The notes under the pieces: model-generated
What the model was told of the DNA's origin: nothing
The model's database searches: none
Seen by the model: the letters and a program-made list of their open reading frames with translations, nothing else
DNA from: Lingula anatina
Lineage: Eukaryota > Animalia > Brachiopoda
DNA length: 64,000 nt
NCBI GenBank assembly: GCA_051362555.1
Contig: CM120648.1
Location: 5,390,587 to 5,454,586 of the forward strand
Direction of reading: 5' to 3'
Program-made: the position numbers and the translations under genes
Shown here: positions 53,081-64,000 of the stretch, one piece after another
Numbering within the stretch: the stretch's first letter is position 1
How the letters are laid out: every line of letters starts with the position of its first letter

Positions 53081-56000
53081 TAAGAAGTGCACACCTGCTC
53101 ATAATATAGTTGTGGCATGATGAAACAGGGTTTTCTTGGTGGTAAATATTTTTATATAAATTAAAAAATGTGTGTAGTATTTGTGTTTGTGTCTTTCCCT
53201 CTTATTCATTTCATTATTTATCAACAAGCGCATATAGACTGGCACATATTTAATGCTAACATGATACTCATAAATGCTTGAATTTAAAGAAAGTTACGTC
53301 ATTCCATATGTATATGTGGTAGTACAATAGTCAAAGGTGTTTAAGTCTTAAGTTGTACACTCTTGTAGTGTTCTATTGTCTTGAACCGTGACATTTTAAT
53401 GCATCTGGATAAAAAACAAGGGTAAATTATGTCATGTACAAAGTGTAGAACAACCCACTTATGTGATAAATGAATAGTAATAGCAGTTATATCATGTAGA
53501 AGGGATAAAAAGCAGGGGGTGACATGCAAGAGAAATAAGAAAACATGTAAAACAAATGGACAAGGACAAACACCAATCAGGGAGTCTTCAATGTTAGGGC
53601 ATTGGAATGCCACAAGGGTTTAATGAACAAGGAGACTTGTCTGTCTAACGTCTGTGGAATCTGGAATAGTGACACAAACTTCACCAGGCAAAGGAAGTCA
53701 TCACTCATGTCAGTACCTCTGGCAGGTAGAGAATCAGCATGTCAACAAGAGGACAGAGCCTTGTAGCATAGACAGTTGTCATGGCAACGGGGATAAAGGT
53801 ACAGAGCACCTGGACAGGATGGCACCCCGTATGTAGAGGTTAAGTTTGGCGTTTAGTCATTCAGACTGTTAAATCATTGCTGGTGCTGGATACGCTGTGC
53901 TTTTTTTGGTAGGTAGAATGGTTATCATGTGAGCAGAAAAACATAAAGGCCTTATAACATGAATACTGTGTGACGGTGAACTTTTCTGAAACAGCTGAGC
54001 AGGATGACACCCTGCGTGCAAAAGGGTAAGGTGGATGTCATAGTTACCTGTGAAAAAGAGTGTGTTTTGATGGCTGGTGGCACATGATTGGAGCTCTACT
54101 GTCAGGAAGGAACCAGCATGTCACCAGTAAGACCAACTGCTTTATAATATGGATGTTTTATTACTTCAACTGTGAAGAGCATCAAGACAAGCTTAATTCT
54201 AATGTCAAAATTTCATACTTTATCTCTCCCCTTTGAAAATCCGAATACAGATTGATGGATTTTGGCATAGGATAGCAGCTTTCCCTGAAGAATAAAAGTC
54301 AGCAAAGCCATCCTGCGTTATAAGCATATACAGTTTAATGTTTTGACTTTATGAAACACCTGGGTGGGATATGCACCCTGCGGATTGATGGATTTGATGC
54401 TCCGGTATCTCTGATATGTAGTTCACAAGAATATGGCTCAAAACCCATAGAACTTGAACCATGATTTGAATGGTTAGTCATGTAAAGACTGATGGATTTT
54501 TTCCTTTTGGAGACCAGAGAGACCCCACCACACTTTAGACATCAAAACTGGACAACATGAAGGGAAACACCGGTCTCTTTTCCATGATTGTGAATGCCCC
54601 AATGAAGATGTGGCCTGTATCACTTGGCTGGCATTCTGCAATTCAGAACTTGCCTTCAGAGCTTGCAGTATAACAGCTGATGGGGCATTTGTTTCTCATA
54701 CAGCACCTTGTACTGGCTGAATGACTTAAAGAGGTATACCAGCAAAATCAGAACCAACTGACAGTTTCTGCTGGGTTTGGTTTTGTGTGTAAAGCACCTG
54801 CTGGCACTGGATGTTGGTGATGACAAATTATGACAGATACAGCCATTCTATAAAAATGTTGGTCAAAATTCACATTTCTGGAAGGGTACTTTTGGTCTCA
54901 AAATCTCCAATTAATTTATTGCTGTTGTTATTGTTTTAATTTCATTGTGTTTTATTAATTAAGGGAGGGGGAACCATTTTATTTATCTCATCTTCTGATG
55001 ATCAAACCTCAGTTTAGAACTAGCGTTGTTATTAGTGGGTTGATATTGCATGCTAATGCAAGATGGGGAGTCTGCTTGTGGGAATTTTTTCTTTCAAGAG
55101 TTACAAATTGCTCCTCTTATTTATCACTTAATTCATTTCCCTCCCTTCTTACTACACTGGTCTCTTACATCACCGGATGACACAATGTCAAAAACCCTTA
55201 CGGGTCACCTATGTTGATGTCAGCAGGCTTACAGGTCTCTCCATGGAATCCACTGTGCTGCTTGTTTGTTGTGGCTAAGTACTAATTCAAAGCCACAGAA
55301 AAACGCCAGCTCTGGGCTTGCTGTTCCTTAAGCTGTACCACTTGGAAAAGCAGTTGTTACTGAAGCGAGACAGCACTGGAGATATCTGGAAATTACCATC
55401 AACTGCTGGATCATATAAACAGGGTTCTTTCTCTTAGTAGGGATAGTAGGGCTAATTGGGCCAGTGAAAGAAGGGGGAGAATGGTCAACCCAAAGGAGAG
55501 GAAAAAGCAACAGTTCTTGGAAAAGTGAGACAAACTGCTTTGAAGTATAACCTGTGAAAGAAAAGGAGATCTGTTTATTAGCAATACTGAATTTTCTGGT
55601 GTTTGCCATGAGAGTGGAAAGTTGATATGTAATTGTATGGGAAATCTGGATCATGCGAACAACTTTGACATATCATTGGATGTATGATCTTAAGGTATTA
55701 TTTGGCCAAGTCGGTAAGGAAATTCAGGGATACTGGGATAATCATGGCAGGAGAGTTTGTGGCAAAATTTATGGTCAGTCTGCAATAGAAAAACTGATTG
55801 AAAAGCAAGTAGGGAAAGAAATAGAATTGCATTTACAAATACAGGATATATTGATGAAATTGTGTGTTGGAGGGGGGATGGATGAGAAAGGTAGAGAGAG
55901 AGTTGTTGTCAAGCTGTATAGTAACTTGGTACACATTTAGCAAAGCATTCTTACAACAATGATTAGTTTTAAGACTTAGTATAAGAGTGACTGTTTGACT

Positions 56001-58398
56001 GCACCCACCTGCAGTCAAATTTCCCACTCTCTTTCCTTAGTCTTAAACCATTTTAAGTTAACCCGTTGCTGAATGGGGCCTAAGACATCAGATTTTCAGT
56101 AATAAGCACTACTTTGTGAGAAAGGGGAGAAAGTAACTTTGACACTTCTGATCAATTTCCCATTATCCACTGAAAGCGAATTGATCCATCAAGCAGCTCT
56201 GAGGGGACCAGAGAGCTAAATACTGGCAACCTGGGGATTGTGAGATTAGCCAGTGGTTTTCAGTTTATACGGTATTTCTAGGAAATTTAAAACAGAAGAG
56301 AATTTATAGCTTTAGACTGTATTTTTACGAAGAAAAGAGAGAAAAATTAATTTTTAAGAATGGGCATAAGATTCAACATGCTGTAGTAAAGTTATTTGAG
56401 TTAATGTTTAATAAGTGTCATTGTTCTTGAAATCACAGGGTTCAACATTTACATAGATGACTTACATGCAATGATTCTTTCAGATTAAGTACAGTACTAA
56501 TCCTTCTCAGTAATGTTAAGTTAGGCGCTTATTACTGTGTGTGCCGCACCAGAAGGTACTGGAGATAGATAACTGTCAGTTTGCATCAACTTCTGTAATG
56601 TATCAGTGCACTTCAAGGTCAGGCGGGAAGTTGTAGGTTTCTTAAAGGAAATTGGGGAATTTGCAGTACCATCAGTGTTGATTTATTGGTCAAGTAGAGA
56701 TGTATTTATTTTAGAAAAATATTTAGATTTGATATGATTTTATGCATAGTTTATTTTAATTTTTTTTAAAGGTTAATATTTTTGTTTAATTGGGCAAGTT
56801 TTTCCCCTTTAGAATCTTGTTGACTAAGATTACTTACAACATAATAGTTTTAATACACGCCATGAACTAGCTCTAATATGATTTTAGATAAAAATATATT
56901 TGTAAGGGGGACTGATGGTGCAAAACTTTATTAAACCTTAGTGTGTGTTTCTGTTATCATAGGAATGTGTTAGAGGCACCTGGGCTTCTGTATATCACTC
57001 AGGCAGGTGTCAGAAGATACACCAATATAGATTGGTTCTACCCAATTATCAATTCTTCCATTAGACAAATTGTACCTGTAAATGTCAGAGATTCTTCAAT
57101 ATTCTACTGTTACGCATCAACAAGTTGCAGAATCATTTTTGGGGGTTGGACTTTTCTGCTGTTATCACTTTTATCTGAAAATTACTGAAGTTATTAAGGT
57201 GCCTTGACAAATGTAAATTTTGGGTGATGTTGAGAACAGAAATACACATAAAAATGTATGTACATTTCAGCGCACATTTCTCAGACTTGTTAATTTCAAG
57301 ATCAATTTCAGCTGTAAAGGGAACCTGCTGAGAGACACAGACAGAGGTCAGAGGTCAAACTATTTGTGCAAACTGATAAGTGTAAGGAAAATATGTAGCA
57401 GATAAAAAAAGGCGCATTTCAGGACAGGTGAAAAATATAAACATATCCAGCCTGCACAGTGGTGGTTTTATTGGACATGCACCTCCACTGCCGTTAGGTG
57501 GGCCTGGTTCATCATTTAGACCAGGTCATCAAATACCTGACTTTACAGTGCAACAAGGAATATATGTAGTTGGGCATTGTAGACTTTGATACATATGAGA
57601 GCAAAAACCGTGAATTTTTGCCTATTTTTGTGTTGGATGGACACTGCTATGCATGGGAGACTTCTGTATGACTTGGGAACTAGAAAGTACAACTCTGGAA
57701 CCTTCAGAGTTGGCTCTGGATACTAACATTTTACCCCAACAGACCTAGTCAGGATCTTAAAGGAAGAGTAACACAGACAATTTGGTTGAGTTTGAAATTT
57801 ACTGCTGTTATTAGGAGTACCACACCCCGTCTCTGAGCTGTTATATAGGACTGGCCAGAATTCCACTCTGCTACCATTCTAGCTAGAAACCTGCCGAGGC
57901 TGGAATTTACCCTTGGTTTTAAGTGGTGTAACACTGCCAAATTTTAGAGCTGCCAACTCCTGGAGAGAGAGAGCCAAAACCAAGAGAGAAGGAGGAAGGG
58001 AGACTAATGTCTTGATAAGATCACTGTTTATTGTGGAAATGTGTGAATGCCAAAGATGAACGGGGAAAAACTGGTCCAGACTTTTTGATTTTTCATGCGT
58101 CTGTTACACAAGGATTGAAATATATATATTATAGGTGCTATTTGTGAGGTCTCTATGTTGCATTCACAGTGGATTATGGGGAGCATTCTTTGTGATTCAT
58201 TTAGGAAGGTTGTGACAACCATATTTTGAAGATTCTGAGTAATTCTGATGGAAAAATAACTTCAAATTTTACACGAATAGAAGACCAAGGAACATATGGA
58301 GTAACAAATATAGTTGACATGATAAGAAAGGTATATTCATAAACAAGTATGTATAACTTTGCACTGATGGTGTTTTGAGGTTTAAAAAACTGCACACC

Positions 58399-59007
58399 AT
58401 GTATCATCACATACCTTCGGCGCCACCTTCACCAAAATTACCAGCCAAGTATCCTGGGAAGGTGCCGAGTTCTCCTAAACTGAGACCTGCAAAATGTCCC
58501 GTTGTTCCAATGTCACCAAAATTGAGAAAAAAGGACAAATTTTCTCTCATTCCTACCTCTCCAAAACTGACCAAGGCAAAGTGCCCCGTTGTGCCATTAT
58601 CGCCAAAACTGCGGCCGGCAAAATGTCCGGTGGTTCAGCTTCCCCGAGAAACGACAGATGATGATTGGTCAGATTCTGATTTTGGGAGTATTTTCAACCA
58701 TAGGGGGAATAATCATTCTAAAACAAGACAGAGTTATGATTATGGCTATCAGTCCCCGCATCATTGCACGTACTGTCACAGAAGTTACGATACGTGGGAC
58801 TCTTGCAGCAGGTGTTACAACTCGCACCAGGACGCGCGCAATCACAACGTGTTCGCACAGAAACAGTGCAAGCAGTGTCACATTGCTGACAGAGACAGTA
58901 ACATACGCAGGTCGTGGTATGATGGAGGGATATGTTACGAAAGGAGCAGAGACAAGGACCAGCCGTACCCAGGTCCTCTCATGCGTTGTAATACGGAATC
59001 CTCCTTG
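58399..59007 (+). CDS. Intronic coding exon, 203 codons: five PxSPKL repeats, acidic DDDW patch, three CxxC motifs. Probable alternative first exon of a DIX-less Dishevelled (or a nested single-exon gene ending at 59085).
   Basis: Longest ORF in the window; caccATG start; repeats 2 and 5 are identical in protein but differ at 7 silent sites; in-frame phase-0 TTG|GTAAGT donor at 59008. Confidence 0.75.
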
Positions 59008-62000
59008 GTAAGTTGCTCTTCACTTTACAGGGCTAAGTACAGGAATTGGCCCATAGGGGGCAGCAGGAGTGCAGCACACTCTTGAATCAAAGTGAATGAT
59101 ACAATATTTATAACACCTTTCATTTTACCTTGTAGATTTTTCATTTGTTTCAGGAATCCAACAGAAGAGATTTACTTTTAAATTCTTTTACCAAGTATGT
59201 TGACTACACAGATGAGTTTTTTTAGGCTATGTATTTCATCTTCCATTTTCCATGCTGAACATGTTCATTTGACACACAATAGCATCTCTTTTTCAGGCCA
59301 AACCATTGTTCTAACGCCTAAAGGTAGACATGTAATACTCACTTTTTACACCAAATTATTGCCCCTCAATAGTATAATTTGAATATAAGTGGAAGGTACC
59401 AGGCAATGCCTTTGAGGCAAGACCGTGCGTGTAATGCAAATTTATTTTAAATCAAGTAAGTTTTGGGCAAAGCCAGGGACTGTGAGCAAATATCTCGTAA
59501 AATGGAGGCAATTTTTTTTTTTTTTTTTTTTTTTTTTCAGTTTGGCTACCTAATTTTTAAGTAGCCATAAGATTGATATAATTGAATAGAATGACCTATG
59601 TGAGCAATTAGCCTGATTTGGGTGGTAAAAGAAGTCTGGACCATCTGTCTATAGGATAGCTGAAAAATGTAGGATGAAATTATCACACAGCAGAAGGTGT
59701 GGACTCTAGTCTGTGTGTTATTTGTGAATTGACCAGTTTTATTTCTGATCTAGCTGGCAAATTGCTTTGTTTTATCAGCTGCCATGCTGTGGAAATGTGA
59801 AAATATTTATAGATTATGTGCTGACTTGCCGCAAGATCCAAGCTGTGGTCTTTATGATGCACTTCAGTTGCTGTCGAAATAAGATACAGGCCAATCAATT
59901 TTTATTCCTTCACTGATATATAACTGACGTGGCATGTGTCACATGTATTATGTACTTTAAGATAATTTCAATCCTGAAAATAGGTGATTTAACAAAAGAA
60001 AGTTTTTGTCCACATAGTATCTTATTGGGTTGTTTTGTAAGGTAAAATATAGTGCAGTAACAGAGAAAACAGGTCAAGTTACGATCCCAATTATTTCTTC
60101 TTTATACACTTACAAGATAATGAATCATGTGAGTATTATTATACAAATACTGTTTCTTCCATGTGTCATGTTTTTTGTAAGTTATTTGGCATCCATTGCC
60201 TCAGTTGTGGAGGAAATTGATTTTAATAGCAGGGAGTCTGGTGTAGGATAAGGGTGTCAAGTTTTCCGAAGTGGATGAAATTTACATCCCGTCTCATTCA
60301 TTACACCTGAAGGTTGTCGATATCTCTTGGCAGGTGACAGAGGGTGACAGCATGGAGATTTTTTTAACCCCTTTTCTTATTTTCTTTTTCTTTTGATTTC
60401 ACTTGAATCATGAATTGGCTTAAGCAAGATTTTATCACCATCATGCATATTTTTTTTTCTATGATGGAAATCTACTTTTCCTCTTTTTATAGGCTGTCAA
60501 TATGTAACAGATTCCAACAGGAAACTGTGGATTGGTGTGATGCATGGATGTGTGACAAGTAGAAACATAGTTTTGTTTTGCTTTCATTTGGTGATATGTG
60601 AGTATGTGTTAAGAGAGAGAAAGGGTAGATAAGGAGAGAGAATGATTTAAAATTTCAATATTTTTCCCTTTATATTTTTATTTTTCTGTGCAATATTCCA
60701 CATACTGCAAAGTACATACTTTCTCAGACTGCACAGGATTTGACATTTCTTCAATGAAATGTTTTTTGCAATAGGAAAGGAGGGGATACATTGAGTAACA
60801 GTGTATAGTATGCTCTCTCATATCAGGATGATGAACACATTAAAGGATTGTTATAACAGAGAAGTGTCCCCTTTCAAGAACAGGAGACACATGTCTGTCA
60901 TAGAAACATCAGGATATAACCACTATTATAAAAAGTACTGGTTATAGTCTTACTACCTTGTCTTTTTCTTGGTGTCTTACTTAAACAGGAACCACATTTC
61001 CGTGGATTCTTCAGTCCATTTATCTGGTTATTAGTTATTTTATTTGAAGGCTCCCATGATTCATGCATTGCCCAGAGGCCTATCTCTGTGTCTGGAGTAA
61101 CATGGTCATCTATCATGCTATCCATCAGGCTGACCATGTGATGGACATTTGTCTGGACCATGTGGCTTGCCAGAGGAATGGGCCGGAGGGCTTGTAGTGG
61201 ACATGTAATATTCACAATATTTTGACTAAGAGAATCTTTTGCTGATGGTACAGCTTAACAGACATAGAAAGCTGGACTTTGACACTCTCTCTCTCTTTTT
61301 CTCTCTCTCTCACACACACACACACAAGCAACCTCTCTCTGTCTCCCTCCTTTCCCACATCCACACACATAACTTCAACCTCCCATAACCTGACAGTTTA
61401 ACCAGTTATGGCTATTTAAAAACATAACAGTACATTATGATCATAACCGTTCCTTTCATGACAGTCACCACAACATATCACAGTATACTACAGTGCCACT
61501 CCAAGTCTGCCAGGCTATTGAGTTAAGTGATCTCTTGAGAAAGGTGACACCTCCTCCCAGAGGAAGTTGATCCCCACTTGAGTCTTCACTCCTAAATGGT
61601 CACCCCCATGATTGCTGGTTATTATTCCCCAATTATTGGCCAATTTGGTGCCAATCACGCTGTTATTATTTTAAAGTGTTACACGCTATTATTAAGGCAA
61701 TCACACAGATGGACATTTTTGTGGGAATTGGGGTCTTTAGAGATGTTAGACCTAGCATAGCCAGTGAAGTTTGGTATGGCCCTTAATGATGAAAATTTGA
61801 CTGAGTTTATTTATTTATTTATTTTATTTTTTTAACATGGTATTTAACAGACAGCTATTTCACGCTTGTTCTTTGAGTATCTGATGCAGAATCATAGTGA
61901 AGTCACCCCAAAGTCATTTACGATGTAGTATGCATTGAGACATTCATATTTAATTTCAGTCAATAACCAGGCATTGTTACCTCCCAATCAGCAGTCAGTA

Positions 62001-64000
62001 GGATCCTGATCTTAATTAATAGAAATGCCATTTGATTAAGGTGACAGGGCGGGTGGGTCATTTCCTTGCCTGTCCAGTTCTGGCAGGCACTGGTGTTCTG
62101 CCTTCATTGCCAAAATGGAGAAAAAAAAAGAGAATATTGATAACCTGACAACTATTGACCATCCAGTTTAGGGGACAGTTTTAGTGTATTTCGCTATATC
62201 CAAAACTCTACTGTCTTTATTCCCTTGGCTGATAATTATGCATTGTCAGGGCCAGTGTGAGATTTGGGAGAAATGTCAGCCAGTCACTGCCTACTACCCA
62301 GCAGTTTACCATGCATCTTCAGGGCCCAACGGCAGTGTCTGTATGGGTAGTTTCTGTATCCATCCCACACAAGCCTGTCAATATACTGCATACATCACTA
62401 TACCTTTTCAGGGCTGTCAGTGATATTTAGAGCAAGAGTCCCTGAAAAATCATGTGTTGGTGCTTGTTCACTTCCTTATATGCCTCAGGGCCAGGTAGGG
62501 TAGGACATAAATTAGGTATACTTCGCCCTAAGGAGAAAATGGGATGATTTGATATGATAGCGCGGAGATTGGGACATTTACACCACCACCACTGCTCTGT
62601 GTCGATGATTGTTTCTCATTGGATAATGAAATTTGGAAATTGTAGATGCGTCTCATTGGATAGTGTATTCCAAGTAGTGTGATGACAGAAGGTTCAGGAT
62701 TCGGGAAGTAAACTGAGGTCTCCCGAGTTGTTCAGATCCCATAACAACAGCAGCTAATATTCAAGTTCAAGTCTAACCCAGGTTCATTTGTAATTTGTCA
62801 AATCTTCCTGTGGTTGATTTTAATATCAGCTACAGCAGATAGCCTGGAGTTAACCCAGGATAGCAATAGTACTTTCTTTTATAATGGCCAAATCTTCCCA
62901 TGGTGGATACAGAGCCAATATAGTATAAGGAAATGTTGACTTTTCTACAAAAAAGTGGAGGACCACCTGTCCAGTACTAGTGTTAAAGAAGACAGGATAC
63001 TGACAACAGCATAGGGGCCTTGGCACACAGTGGGACACTGACCATTAGGATACTGACCAAAGCTGGCCGTGGTCCATTTGTTATGTTAACTGTACTGTTT
63101 GGATTATGATGCTACATATAGAGATATACACAAGAGTGGTGAACTTTTAGTCAGTATATACTAAGTAGGGCTGGACAGTTTGCTCTGACATATACACAGG
63201 CCAATGACAAGATTGGACTAATAATATATAGTTCTCCATAGAGGAGAGGGATTTTGAAATATGTTGACAAAATTGGAGCTTAAAATAAGCTATGGGTGGA
63301 CTGCTGAAGTGACAGTGCTATGTATTCACTCTGAAGATGACTAAAAGCTCCTTGAGTTGCTGAACAAGGAAAAAAGGGTTTCAATGGACTTTTAAACAAC
63401 CAAAAGCCTGTGTGACTTTGGAAAAGAAATCAGTTTTGGGTTTGGACAAGTCGGTGTTAATTAGCAAGGGAAGTATTTTATATGGACATTGAGCCTTGAG
63501 TGCACTTAAAGAGAACTTTTTTTTCACCATCGGGGTATTAAAAGAGACAGTGTCCCCATTTATATGGACATGGAGCCTAGAAAGCACTTAAGAGAACTTT
63601 TTTCATAGAGCATATAAAAGAAGCAAAAGACAGTTACTTAAGTTACAGACTGCAAGGTTATTTGTGGCTGTTAAGTCGAAATTTTCACGAAACTTTTCGG
63701 CTAGTATTGATTAATTTAATTAGAAGAGCAGTTTGACTTGAGCAGACCATGGACCATGCAGATTTTGTTGTGGAAGGCACCTAAGCGGTCATTTAGTGCA
63801 TTCGGTTTTGTTTGCATGTTGCTGTGGATTTAGTGTTCTGATCGTAAAGAAATTATCATCTGAATATCTGACAGTGACCTTGGGTCGCTACCATAGCATT
63901 TCTGAGCAGAAACAGTGGGCAGTAACTTGCACTCATTAACTCCATTCTAATGGACTCTAGGACAAGAAGTAGATCCTGTCACGACTCTTCTTTTCTTAGA

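Noticed and set aside
58765-58881. CTYCH and CKQCH as c-type heme-binding CxxCH motifs
   Set aside because: Low-complexity, apparently cytosolic eukaryotic context with no targeting signal; zinc binding or chance is more plausible.
58589-59011. Overlapping +1-frame 140-aa ORF as a dual-coding gene
   Set aside because: It starts at GTG and has no motif, and the silent-site pattern supports only the main frame; likely a by-product of codon usage.
60898-61215. Minus-strand 105-aa ORF as an RTE-LINE C-terminal remnant
   Set aside because: Only a vague PRKR match; insufficient support.

Overview
AT-rich, microsatellite-rich animal genomic DNA (an invertebrate, plausibly lophotrochozoan; the taxon cannot be fixed from sequence alone). 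The window holds the 5' half of a Dishevelled (dvl/dsh) gene on the + strand. Six clear coding exons (7959-8119, 10884-10953, 17387-17520, 20581-20666, 41658-41796, 42014-42107) splice in frame through GT-AG sites. They encode the DIX domain, the GGIGDSRPPSFH motif, the Ser/acidic region and the basic region. I found no PDZ or DEP exon, so these presumably lie beyond 64000. The two very large introns (20667-41657 and 42108->64000) contain several frame-compatible candidate exons: 21-nt and 18-nt microexons, an 87-nt exon whose splice donor is tandemly repeated four times, and candidate alternative first exons. The strongest of these is a 203-codon ORF (58399-59007) with five PxSPKL repeats, two of which are identical in protein yet differ at seven silent sites. 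It ends at a phase-0 GTAAGT donor, as needed to splice onto the PDZ exon and give a DIX-less Dishevelled with a new N-terminus. Also present are three PIF/Harbinger-like MITE families with 3-bp TSDs, minisatellites, microsatellites, a possible decayed Polinton-like fragment and weak signs of a divergent minus-strand transcript. All alternative-exon calls are predictions from splice signals and frame and need RNA evidence.
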